Of a DNA stretch of 64,000 nt, positions 29,164 through 45,070 are shown in pieces. The stretch is taken from the NCBI GenBank assembly GCA_009103225.1, contig RHPI01000810.1, positions 1,496,190-1,560,189 of the forward strand. The letters run 5' to 3'. Source of the stretch: Chlorokybus atmophyticus. Taxonomy: Eukaryota; Plantae; Mesostigma and Chlorokybus algae. Each line of letters starts with the position of its first letter. Within the stretch, counting starts at the first letter, position 1. The notes under the pieces are model-generated. The model was not told the DNA's origin and ran no database searches. It saw nothing but the letters and a program-made list of their open reading frames with translations. Both the position numbers and the translations under genes were made by a program.

Positions 29164-32100
29164 TTAGCAATGCCTAACTGACTGATATGCTCCAAACCGA
29201 GAGTAGTGAGACAAGTACATGTGTGACGTGGAAGTGCAGTGAACGTTCACCCAATACTTGCCCTCTTGTACACGGGCGCTGTCCTTGTCAAACATGGGGA
29301 GCAGCTGGACAATGCCTTTCACTTGCTCCAGAGTCACGACATCGAGATGTGGACCGCCTCGACGCTTTTCCCATTCCAGAGCGATGCACTTTGTGTCGCT
29401 CGTCACATCCAGCTTCGTGTACCAGCGGACAAACACGACCTCCTTCCACACGCGCTCGCCGCTACCACCCCACACCACCACGCGCAGAAAAAGGAGTGCC
29501 TGAGCCCACCACGTCACGTTCACACCGTCCTCATCACCTTCCAACTCAAGTGTAGAGAACCAAGGCCGCCCATGGAACATCCCAGTTGCGCGCGCCATGC
29601 TGACTCCTGATGTCATGTACACCGCTGCGCCTCCGTTCACCACGCGAACAGCACGCCACCCGTCGGCCAAGTCCAGTTGTTCCCTCCTCAACCAGCTGTC
29701 CAGGGTGGCAGGCAGCTTGTCGGCAAATGGAGTCTTCAAAGCGACTTGGCGGCTACGCGCAGATCCGCTCCAGTACGGGCTGCACTCCCTCCTTGTCAGC
29801 ACATCCATCCGTAGCAACTTGTCCGTCTTCTCCATGACATTACAGCACTGCTGCCGCGCCTGCGCCATGACCGAGCGCATCTCGGGATCCACGACCATGC
29901 CATCCTCTCTCACATATTCCGCACAGCTCCATGCCTTCAGGATACGTGCCTGGTAGTCCCGGTTGTTGCCACCACGCGCCCACCGTTTGATATTTTGGGC
30001 GTGCGTCTGCTCCATGCGGTTGGCGCTGAACCAATCTGGGTGTCCACTGCTGACAATTGCCGGCCCAAAATGAGTGAGCTGATGCATCTTCTCGATCTTC
30101 CAACCTGACTTCTGTGCAGAATATGACGACAGTAGCGGATGCAACACTGCAGCTTTGAAGGCAGCCAGCTCGTTGTCGGCTGTGGTCAGGGTCTCTCTTG
30201 TGTGTTCATGCGCCTTCAGCAACTTCTTGTTCCACTGGGCAAGCGATGCGGCAGCAATGGTGAAGAAATCGTTGCCCTCACTGTCGAGCAGCAAACCGTC
30301 TGCGAGGACCGGCAGCAGCTGCAGCACCGCCACTTTCTCCACCACCTGAAAGGAGTGGTCGGACAGGAAGAAATCTACTGTGCTTGTGGGTGCCTTGAAG
30401 TGCGAAACCCGCAGAGTCGCCTTGCATGCATTCAGCCTGTGCACATCTGCTCGTGAGCACGTGTTGTTGGCTTTTGTGTTCAACACAAAAGCAACACCAA
30501 AGACGTGCCTGGCCTGCAGAATCTGTCTCGTGGATGGACGCATTCGTTCCTTCGCGGCGTCGTACACAGCAGCAAGCAGGTGGTCAATGATGCCTCCCAG
30601 CACATGCATTGCGTCAGGGGCAAGACGAGAGTAGCAGTCAGCTCCCGGCACCCGCGACTGTCGCCAACCCCACAGTGCATTCTGTTGCCAAACCACATTG
30701 CCTGGTTTCACGGAAAGCCATTCATCCTCACGAATGCCGATAATTTGACCATTACCTCCTCGACATGCATGGAGTGCTGCTCTTTGAAAGCCTTGGCTGT
30801 CTGGCGTGCATTCCTAACACCGCTATGCAGGTCCGCCCGCAGCTGACGTATTGCTGGTGTGTAGAAGGCCTCGGTTCTCAATTCCCGGTCCTCATCCATC
30901 TCCAACAGATCTGATTTGGTGACGAGACAAACATCGCAAGGATGTCGTGTTTGGTTGCCCGACACAGTGCGTGCGAGTGTGGCAGTCTCCTACAACACGA
31001 CAAACTCAGATGTTCTACTGACAACATCCTCCATGCACTGTTTGCTGGCAGGCTGCATCCGGTTACAACCATTCATGCCCACTACCTGCAAATCGCTGAT
31101 GTAGTTGGCAAGCGCGGGAAACACACGACGCTCGATGCCATTCGGGTCGATGAGCTGCAGACCTTCCCAACTCGCCCGCTTCACATCCCCTAACACTACA
31201 TTCAAAGCGTCATGAAAAATCTCACGTTTCCGAATGGAGAACGATTCCTTGCCCTGCGCCCAGGTGGGATGCCCGGCCACTGCGTGAACCACCGGCAGAA
31301 GCGCTATCATAACAACCCCCATGTTGCTAGCATACATGTCCCAACTGTAGTTGGCAAGCGATGCCATCAGAGGGTAGCCAGAGCGCTTGCCCGCGCTGTC
31401 CAGCGTGGTCTTGTCACTGTACAGAATGGCAGGCGCCAAGTAGGACGCTTCCCCCACCTCTCTCCTCAAATCCACCTCCACATCCTTCCACCAATCGCCC
31501 GTGGAAGGATGGCCAAAGCTGTGCTCGTCACCAGTGTACTGGAGATTGAAGCCATTGGCGGCATGTGGATTGCCATACAACCGCGCGAGCCATACCTGCT
31601 CCGACCAAGAGCATTACTTACTATGCTGGCCTCAGAATAGATACTGCATCGATACTGCATTAGGTACTGCATTTCACAGACCTTGGCCGGCATATATGTG
31701 ACGCAGATGTCCTGATCCTCAGGGTCTCCAGGCTTGCGCAGGTCAGCCGTCACGTAGTTCTGATACGGCAGCACACTCGCATGTGCATATGTGACATGGC
31801 TCTGATGGTTGAAGCACATGCACCGCACACCGTGAACACACCTCAGACTGAGAGAAAGCAATCGTGGTCCGGAGGTAGCTGGCCGCATGCACACCGGTCT
31901 CCCACTGGAGCTCTTCCGTCAGGAAGTGTGCATTTCGGATGCACTTGATGATCCGCCCCATGTCGGAGGCCGACAGGCCTTGGCCGTTGTTGCACTGCAC
32001 GAATGCCACTGCAAGAGCATGCTCCGAGCCATACCACCTGGATTCCGACGCGTGCGAAGGGACGCCTCCACTTCCATGTTGGCGTGCCACAGGTTTCTCA

Positions 32101-32366
32101 GGCACACGCACACATCGAAAGCCCTCGTTCACTTCCTCCTCCTCCTGTTGCTGCTGTGCGTGTGTCTCCTGGAGGAATCCTTCAGCATCAAGCATGTGAG
32201 CATCCTGGATCGAACTCCCCGGTTCAACATGACCCGCATCGTACTGTAATGGACGCTGGCCGACATACAGCTTGATCTGCTTGCACACCCTGCTGCTAAT
32301 AATGTGCATGTAGACCGAGCTGCGTGTGGCGAAGCGCATGTGGCAATACGGACAAAGGACTCCCAT
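29164..32366 (-). CDS. Plavaka-family transposase with N-terminal C2H2-like zinc finger, multi-exon
   Basis: CPYC...HIISSRVC finger; AILYSDKTTLD...GYPLMASLAN; ISDLQ|ETATLA...HPCDVCLV (intron 30990-31085); APDAMHVLGG; KIEKMHQLTHFGPAIVSSG...NRMEQTHAQNIKRWARGGN. Intron 30682-30755 links ORFs 30708-30965 and 29164-30711. Confidence 0.85.
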
Positions 32367-32433
32367 ATCTCACTACTAACGTCGACACAGGTGTCGCCAA
32401 TGTAACCTGCATCATATCCAGCAACACGCACAC

Positions 32434-32465
<32 letters not shown>

Positions 32466-33169
32466 GCCACCGCTACCGCTACCCTTGCATGCCAGAGGCG
32501 GGAAACTTGGCCGCCATTCACTGGCTCCGTCGTACCATTATAATGGTACGATCGAGCCATTGCACGTCCAGGGTGAGTCTCTGGATATTTTTATATACAT
32601 ATATATTCTGATTGAACCGTTTCAATGGTACGAAGATGCCTTTGCCAAAAGGTATAGGCATTGTACAAAGGTACCATTGAAATGGTACCTTTGTACAATG
32701 GCAATGGCAGTTCGTACCATTGACAACTCTGGCAATGTCAGTCCCCCTGCGCATGAAAACACCATTGATAGCTCCGCCAAGCTATGCCCTTACAGGGGCG
32801 TGATGCCGAGGGTATGTGGCGTTTGGAAGATCGTTGGCGGCGCTGCCAGGGGCGTAGTGGGCATTGTGGTCGAGGTCCGGGATGAATTCCATGTTCGCAC
32901 AGGGCGGGCAGGGTGCCGGAGGGGTGTCCTCGGTGTCAAACCCCACCAAGACTACCAAGGGCACATCCAATGACAACAGTGACTCGGGCGATATCTTACA
33001 GGGCTCCCCCTCCGAGTGGGCAAAGGCACACCACAATACTGCCTCTAAGAAAATCCGACCCACCAGCAGCTGCGACCACGGCGACATGATTGAAGGGACC
33101 AAACAAGACTGGCATAACCAAGGTGGGTTACGATGCACTGTCAATGCCACATGCTAGGGTTCTTTTATC

Positions 33170-33737
33170 TTGCACATGCACAGCCTCAAGTATCTTGCAC
33201 TTGACATACATTGTCAATACGACATGCACACCCTCATGCACAACCTCCAGTGTCATGCACATGAACAGCATGACCAATCTCGCAAATGCACAGCCTATTT
33301 CTACTTGCGGGAGCTCACAAGTCGCAAAAGAGAAGCTGCGGAGTCAAACGAACGGGTAATCTATGACCTAGTTTAATGTTTCCAGCGGTAATTAAGCAGT
33401 ATGCTTGCAGATTGCCATGTTGGTCAGAGTGAACCAAGAGCAGCGCGGCAGGCTGACTGTCTGCCTGGCGGAGTGCAACAAAGCGGAAGACGAGGTAAGC
33501 GTGTGTATGCTGATGGGCTAGTCCTCTGGCAGCACGCCACTCTTACAGCATTACCAAATGCAGGTGGTCACTCTCAAAGCGACCATCAAGCGCATGCGCG
33601 TGCACGGCGAGGCGCTGACATTCAAGCTGAAGGACGAAGTAGCCGCTGTACTGTCAGCGAGCGAGGCAGCGGATGAAGATGACTCCGGCGTTGAAGCAGA
33701 AGACTCGTCGGAGGAGGAACAGGAGGAGGGGGTTTGA
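33170..33737 (+). CDS. Small 3-exon coiled-coil/acidic-tail cargo gene divergent from the transposase (start uncertain)
   Basis: ..YFYLRELTSRKREAAESNER|IAMLVRVNQEQRGRLTVCLAECNKAEDE|VVTLKATIKRMRVHGEAL...EEEQEEGV* with GT-AG junctions; conserved in the copy at 12365-12944. Confidence 0.55.
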
Positions 33738-34296
33738 GGAGGAGTTCTTAGGCAGGCACCACGGGTTGACAAGCTGCGCATGAGTCCGACAGCTAGACTC
33801 AATGTTATAGGATAGTTTCATGCGCAAGTCGGCTGCTCAGTTGTAAGTGGACATACTCTCACCACTGCCCGTACATTGTATATATTGTGGGCTTTTAGGT
33901 GCAAGACCAAACAATCAGTCTTAGGTTTGAACAAGCTGCATGGCATGGTAGTGTTGGCTTACGGCAAGAATTGCCAACTTTTGTCAAATGGCAAGGGTCA
34001 CATATTAACAGCAGTGTAACGGCAAAGAAACTGCCGGCTATTGCTGTCAGCTGTCCGTAACTACCGGTCAACGGCCGTCTGTGCACATCGACCAAAGGGT
34101 AAATGGTTGACAACTCTCGGCCGGTTAGTGCCACTGACAGCCACTTTCGGCCCGCGGCCGTCTGCGTCAGTCCACTTAAGCCAACGGCAAACCCAACAGT
34201 CCAAAAGTAATATTTCAGGCAGCAACAGGCAGGCTCAGGCAGGCTCAGGCACCAGTCAGTCCCTCAGTCCTTAGTCAGTCACCGTGTAAAATCCGC

Positions 34297-37270
34297 GACG
34301 TGTTTGCATATCGTGATATGCAATATGACCGCAGAATAAGACATCTAGCATGATCCATGCAACGTGGCACCTTTCACAGTATACATTTGCGTGCACACAT
34401 ACAAGCTGAGGATTTTATATCGTATGCTTAATTGTTAGACCAAATCTCCAGCAGCGCATTTGTACATTCGGCTAGCACAGGCGGAAGCACTGCGAGGAGT
34501 CTTGAAATTGGCGGTAAAAGCAAACTGCGCATGTACCACGGGCAGGTGCCAACCAACACTAAGTGATACGGAGTGAGTTTCCAAGTGCTGTTCTGTTGAA
34601 TTTGCCTCACATCATACAGTCACCTGCTGTAAAACAACATCCGCCACCTTCTGTACTAACTACTTGGAGACCGCCGTTGATTTCCTTGAAATACAGGAAT
34701 ACAATGCTAGGTAGCATGCAATTGCACGCGCATTGCCACACAAACAACCATGGCAAAATATCTGGGGGTATTGGGTGCACAATGTGTTTGTGAAAACATG
34801 CCGTATGCTAAGTATGTCCATCCACAATTAGGTCACATTCAAAGATGTCACATGTGAATATGCCTTAGTGCACGCACAGAGCAAACAAGCTTTGCTAATA
34901 GCGGGTTCTACGTATCGGCAACCAGCTGCGACCTGTGTACAATTGCATGTGGCTGCTTTTACTAAAGGGATTTGGGATTATGCTGACAACTGGGCTGAGC
35001 TGCAGGGCTGTGACAACATGGCAGCATGGGCCACTTCTGTGTTGGAGTCAGTAAAAGCAGCGGCGCTGAAGCTCAATAAAGATGCCTTGTCTGCGCACAA
35101 GCCAGCACCAACCTACACCACCTCGGACAAACATTGGGCGAGGTCGTTGCATGACGCATTTGTTTTCGTAAAAGTGGATAAGTGTAATGGGATCGTTGCA
35201 GTGTTGTGCAAACAACTGTACTTGACGTTGTTGCATGATGATCTGAACACGCCAACCTAGGAAGTTGTGGGTGAGAGCGCAGCGTAGCTTTTAGCAAGGC
35301 GCAAAATCTTCCGTAATTTCCGGATACAAGCCAACACAGCATGCAGTAGAAAGTCTGCCCCACCTCTACATTACAGTTGCACAAGATGCCACATATGGCA
35401 AGGTATATTGCGGCTGGCAATAAATTTTTGACGAATGGCAGTGCATGGCTAGCCCGTACTTACAAGTTTCTACTGCCAGTCTTTGACCAAATATGGTTGA
35501 GCGATGTGGCAGTGCCGAGACTACAGAGCAGATGGGTGCTACATGACTCGTAGGGGGTCCAAAACATGCTGCAACTGGAACACAACACAAGCTCTAGTAC
35601 AGATATGTTGTTGCTAGTAAACATGCTCTCGTATGACTTCACAAATCCGTACACCAACATACACCATGCAGACTTGCTCTCGTGCATGTCTGACTTGGTG
35701 CGAGACTCTTTAAAATGGTTACAGTTTAAGACAGGGGAGCAACTGTGTTTTAAGTGTTGTGTATAAAGGGTATTTTGAATCATCAGTGGGTGCGCCACAT
35801 GGCAGGCCAGAGACAGCAATAACACCAAGTTCTTTACAGCTGCATGCTTGACAGAGTTGTTGCAATACTTGCTGAGCAACCTCTACGTGACTATTGCACA
35901 GACAGACTACACAAGCAGGCTATTAGAATCCCAATGGGTAACTGCGCGGGGGTCTACTTAGCAAACTTCTACCTCGGGTTGAAGGAGCTCAGGTTTTTGC
36001 GGGCCCTCGAGGCCATGGGTTGCATGGAGGTTCTGCGTAGATGGTGTTGTGCACTGGTACGCTATGTGGATGACATTCCGCTCTTGGACATACCGGCATT
36101 TAAGGAAGTAATGTACACAGGAGAGTCAGTGTTGGCAGGTGGCCTATATCCGAAGAAAACACTAACACTGACACGGTTGGCTGCTGGAACTGTAATTGAT
36201 GTTTTTAATATGACTTTAATTCAAACAGCTGACATTGGCTTGTGCTCCCGAGTATACTGCAAACTAAATGACAACCAGTTTCACACCATACCAAGGAGAC
36301 GAGGACCACACCCTGCAACGGACATTGCCAAATCAGCTAAGCTTGGTGTCATTGTCTCAGAATGCATTAGATTATTGAAATTGTGCACATCGTTTACACT
36401 TTTTGGCAGAGATGGTGGCTCTACTGCATGCTATGCAACAGGAAGGCTATGCTAAGCATGCTGTGCTAAAAGAACTACGCAGGTGGATGTACCGCCAGCA
36501 AGAAATGGTTTATGACGGGACGTACATGTACTTGTGCCACCTGGTCTACACCAAGCGCAACACTACACCACAACATGTAGGTGAGGTAAGTGCGGAGAGG
36601 TAAGCAGTGTGGGAAGCAGTACATCTGCCCACATGCATGTCGCTGGTCAAATGCCCTTGGTAACTGTTGTGTACTAGCTAATCATGTACATTCAGTTCTT
36701 ATGCATGCCAACTCGTGCTACATCAGTGCAGTACTGTAACAGACATTCATGGCTTTTTGAATTTTGCAAGATGAGGCATGACTCTGCATTACACGATCAT
36801 GTGTTATAATGGCCTGCACGCCATACTTGACAAACTAACGGTGAACGGGGATAAGGTCTGATCATAACAGGTGTAAGACCCAGCAACATGTGGCGGCGCC
36901 ATAACCAAGCGGACACCACACACAGTGGATGGGGGCTAAGCTGTTCAGGCGTCATGTCAATTCCTGTCCGTTGGGTCGTAAATGCTGCTGGTGGATGGGC
37001 CTCGGGTTTAACTTGTGCTCCTCTACACACTGCAGGTGGTACACCTGCTGCCATGACTACATACCACGGCTTGCTACCTCTCCGTTGGTCTTGAGGGTCT
37101 CTAGCGTCTAGTAGTTGTGGGTTCTATTGAATGAGGTGTAGTAGGTAACTCTATCTTGGCCTTCACTTATTTGCTTGTTTGCTAGCTTGCACTTCATGTG
37201 TATGCATGGTTACCTCGGGTACATTTGCTTTTACGGAATTTTGCTATATGCAACTCTTGTGTGTTATGTA
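34297..37270 (+). mobile_element. 3' part of the Penelope-like element: CxC linker, reverse transcriptase (decayed) and 3' pseudo-LTR
   Basis: VFAYRDMQYDRR (34300); CVCENMPY CxC (34783-34791); LIAGSTYRQP; LHDAFVFVKVDK; QLHKMPHMARYIAAG; SYDFTNPYTNIHH (motif A); IPMGNCAGVYLANFYL (motif B); RYVDDI (motif C). 36639-37270 repeats 18225-18770. Confidence 0.85.
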
Positions 37271-38529
37271 TGTACAGTTGAAGAAATGAACAACACTTTA
37301 TGCGACTAATTGATGTGCAAATGCATAGGGCAAAAAGAACCACGTATAATAAGGACTTACTGTTAGCCTTTAATAAAAGAGTTCCACCAATCGTGCAGAG
37401 GCGTTGCAGTTGAAGATAGCATATAACGCTCACCACAATTGTAATCAAGCTTTTTCTTAAAGGCCATGCTGATTGGGTGTTTGCACGATTACCCAGCTTT
37501 TTGCAAATGCGCATCGCGCGTGGTGACGGGTAAGATCACCTGATTTGTACTGATGAAGTTGAAGGAGTTTACGGCATGTGGATGAAGAAGATTGTCGACA
37601 TGAGTCACCGGCGGTTCATATGTTTATTCTTACCGCACGGACACCTTGTTCGGTGCTCCCATAGTACGACCGCCCCCTTTACCAATGTTGTTCGAGAATC
37701 CCAAAAATGCAGGTTAGTGGCCTTCTTGCACTGTTTGCTATTCGGGCAATCATAGACACATTTGTAAGATGTTGGCAATTGGAGCTATCCAATTGGTAAT
37801 GACGCATGCATAGGTTCTTGTGCGGACGCTGACAATGGAATGTTTGGGAAGAAGACAATCGGTGGTTGAGAAAAGGGGTGAAAAGTTCAAGCCCCTTATA
37901 AGATATTGCTTTTGTGTTTGATGCGTAGGAGATGATTTTAAAGTGAGGTATGAACTTATGGATCGAGATGAACGCCCTCAACTCTGGCCGAAAAAGCAGA
38001 CCACTTCAAAGGGAAAAGAAGTAGTTGAGAAGTTCCCAGCACCATATGTTTTTACCTGGAAAGAGTTGTAGGACGTTAAAACCACATGGTCAATAGTGTA
38101 ATATCCCACCGGGTTCGGCGGCCTGCGCTTGGCCGGAAGCTTGAGTGACGGTGGCAGATACCATGCAAAGTCTCACGAATGGCACAACATTAATGAAAAT
38201 TTGTTAACCTGATTAATATCGTGTCTGAACCGCCACTTGCTGCTAGCACTGTCTATAACATGAATAGTGTCATAGAAACAATTTGCAAGATATACATTCT
38301 TCGACAGTTTATCGCTGAGAATGTTCGTGCCTACTACTACATGCGTACAGTAGAAAGAATGTCACAAGATGCAGCATACCCTACTAAGATATGCATGTGC
38401 AAAACTGTCCAACCCGCTGTAAGTACTACTTGTCCTAGGGAGGACTATCATCAAAGTCTTCGCCATGTGCACTTGACAATCACCCCGTAAGTTTATTTAC
38501 GTCGCATTCCATTGTCTTCGTCCTTTCCT

Positions 38530-42732
<4,203 letters not shown>

Positions 42733-43369
42733 AGCTGACCTTTTCTGCTCTAAGATAATACGTGAATAAGGGAACTTACACTGTACGCTGAAAGGCAGAG
42801 GCTAACCTTTTCTGCTTGGCTGAAGAGCTTGGACGAGACAGGTAGCAAAGCGGGCTCGCGCGCGGCAACTTGTCTCTCAGGGTTGGTGTGCCGCTTACAA
42901 TGGAAAACCATGCGGCCTTGTGGCGCGTGCAGAATCTATTTGGCGTCTAATGCTGGCTATCACCCCCTCATGCAAACTGAATGACATTCTATCCACGGCT
43001 TGCATACACAAACGCCAAGTCAACGAGCGAACTAGACCAAGTGCAAGGCATTTATAAGACTTAACCGCTCTTTGATTGTGGGTGCAATTCAAGGTGCATC
43101 CCTCTCCACTGAGGCGAAGCTCTACAACATGGGAGGGGGGGAGGGGGGGTCGTGTACACAAAGACAATGATCTTATTGCAATGCCAGCATGCGACGCACC
43201 TGCCATGCGTACTGGTACATGCACATTTGCGCCTTGTTAATTACCATTAGCAGAGGTGAATACCAGGAAGGCTCTCCTTATTGCAATCTAAAATTTGACA
43301 TTAGAATGAGATTTGCAAAAGTGTGCAACATTCAACAAGTTGAAGTTTTTGACACAGTCGTTACAATAT

Positions 43370-44365
43370 ACCAACTTAGCGTGAAGACTTCGTAGCGTGC
43401 TGATTGACAGTTCAACTACCAATCAGCCTTACACTTACAGCTCACATTTTGTGTCGGAGATGGTGGCTTTGCTGCATGCTATGTGTGCTGCTGCGCACAG
43501 TCAACGATATTTGTTGCGAGGGAAATTGTGGAGCATGCAGGTATGAGCGTATAACACAAAGTCTTGATTGTACAACATGTTGCTTGTAACATGTATGGTA
43601 TGGGAGATATATATTAGGCAATATGGCAACTTAGTCAAGAACTTCGTAGCATGCTGATTGACAGTTCAACTATCAATTAGCCTTACATCTACAGCTCACA
43701 TTTTTAGTTGGAGGTGGTGGCTTTGCTGCACGCTATGTGTGCTGATGGGCACAATCAACGACGTCTGTTGCAAAGGTTGCGAGGAAAATTGTGGAGCATG
43801 CAGGGACGAGGGTATAATACGGAGTAGCGGTCGTATAACATGTGCTTGTAACATATATGGTGTGAGACATATATAAGGAACGTGGTACCGACTATGGCAG
43901 CGATTTTTGCTGCCGTAGCGTAGAGGTTAGGGCACCGATGTCATAGTGATATCGGAGCTAAGCGGCATGGGTTCGAATGCCATGGGGGATACAACTACTC
44001 GTTGCCGTGCTATCGATTCAAAGTAAACATTACTAAATTGATAACTATGATCACCGCGCAGGATCGCACCCGTTGAAGCGGGCTTGGTTGGTAACTGGCT
44101 ATCGGCGTGCAGTAACGAGGGTCCGGTCTCATGGGGACGAGGACAATGGTCAGGCTTGCGACTTGCCATTTGCGGGTGAGTCGTGACGAGCTCGATATGT
44201 GACGTGGGTAGGTGGCCGGGTTTGGTTCATGCACGGTAATCTCCACGGGTAATGGGTTGGGAGGGATGTAGCATATATGGTATGGGACATTTATTTGGCA
44301 TGTGACTCCCCCTACGGCAGCGACCTTCGCTGCCGTAGCCTAGTGGTCACGGCGCCGATGTAACA
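43370..44365 (+). mobile_element. Tandem remnants of a Penelope-like RT 3' end plus two copies of a hairpin-containing ~55-bp motif
   Basis: 43370-43625 is duplicated at 43626-43885 and contains gagatggtggctttgctgcatgctatg (EMVALLHAM, as at 36409). The hairpin ctacggcagcga-cct-tcgctgccgtag lies at 44312-44338, with a diverged copy at 43892-43918. Confidence 0.5.
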
Positions 44366-44744
44366 GAGCTGCAGCGGATGAGGAATTAAGTTCCTCAACA
44401 ATCGATGAGTACATGTAAGTTGATGGTAAGTACGGTGTGGGGAGCAGACTCATTGCTCGCATACATGGCAGGTTCTTAGCTTGTGCTGTTGCTATGTCTA
44501 TGTTTGCTGGCTGCTATTATAGTATGATGCTATGCTGTTTTGCATCAGTAGCCAGACCTAATCTGCTGCAATAGCTGGACGTGTGGAATGCCTGCATGAC
44601 ATACTGCCCTACTGTGCCCTCGGTACTGCACTTGCAGCGTGCGCACACTAAGCGTAAGTACGCGCACACTGCAAGTGTTAGGGCCTAATAAACGCAGCCG
44701 ATGTGAGTGACAGCAGCGCCAATGGCATCATTAAATTAATCATG

Positions 44745-45070
44745 GCGGCCGCTGCTGATAGGGCCATAGCCGTTGTCAAGTCTAGTCGTGCTTGCTTTAG
44801 GTGCGTGGCGTGGACGCGGTGCTGCTGCTAGTGTTAATAGATGATCTCTGGTCCCTGCTGCTGTTCTTCCCTTTTCGCACCCGTCTTCCTTCCTGGTTAG
44901 CATCTAGCTAGCGCACGTAGCTAATGTAGAGGGCCCCCCCACCCCGTGCTCTGTTATTGCTTTGCTGTGCAATGCCGTTGCTCCGGTAAAAGCAATAAAA
45001 AAATTAATTATTTTTCAATTGCAATTTGCCCGGCACCGTAGCATGGCCCCTGTGTTGTGCCTTATGCGTG
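44745..45070 (+). repeat. Dispersed non-coding repeat; second copy at ~53120-53430
   Basis: Shared tagccgttgtcaagtc.agtcgtgcttgct, tgctgctgttcttccc and cacgtagcta..tagagggccccccaccccgt. Confidence 0.7.

Larger units (their letters stand above)
19616..34300. mobile_element. ~14.7-kb giant Plavaka-type DNA transposon with chromatin and ubiquitin cargo genes
   Basis: The right end is defined by the shared breakpoint with the 10644-13474 copy. The left end is inferred from the PLE reading frame rejoining across it, subterminal repeats and a weak TGTCGTGG/CCGCGACG inverted match. It contains a Plavaka transposase and four other spliced genes. Confidence 0.7.

Noticed and set aside
30440-30515. 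Extra intron in the transposase (in-frame low-similarity stretch ARHVFGV...CSRA)
   Set aside because: No phase-compatible GT/GC donor was identified; the frame is open anyway, so it is left unresolved.
35258-35590. In-frame stops in the PLE as selenocysteine recoding (known in some Naiads)
   Set aside because: The stops include TAG and TAA and there are frameshifts, which is consistent with ordinary decay.
37280-38200. AT-richer minus-strand decayed ORFs with faint Harbinger/DDE_Tnp_4-like words (TPF...RIANSARR...IFGILEQHW)
   Set aside because: Motif spacing and catalytic residues could not be confirmed by eye; needs an HMM search.
44375-44410. Possible hammerhead ribozyme (CGGATGA-GGAA...TTCC)
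   Set aside because: The core deviates from CUGANGA and lacks the GAAA after stem II. No hammerhead core was found in the PLE pseudo-LTRs either.
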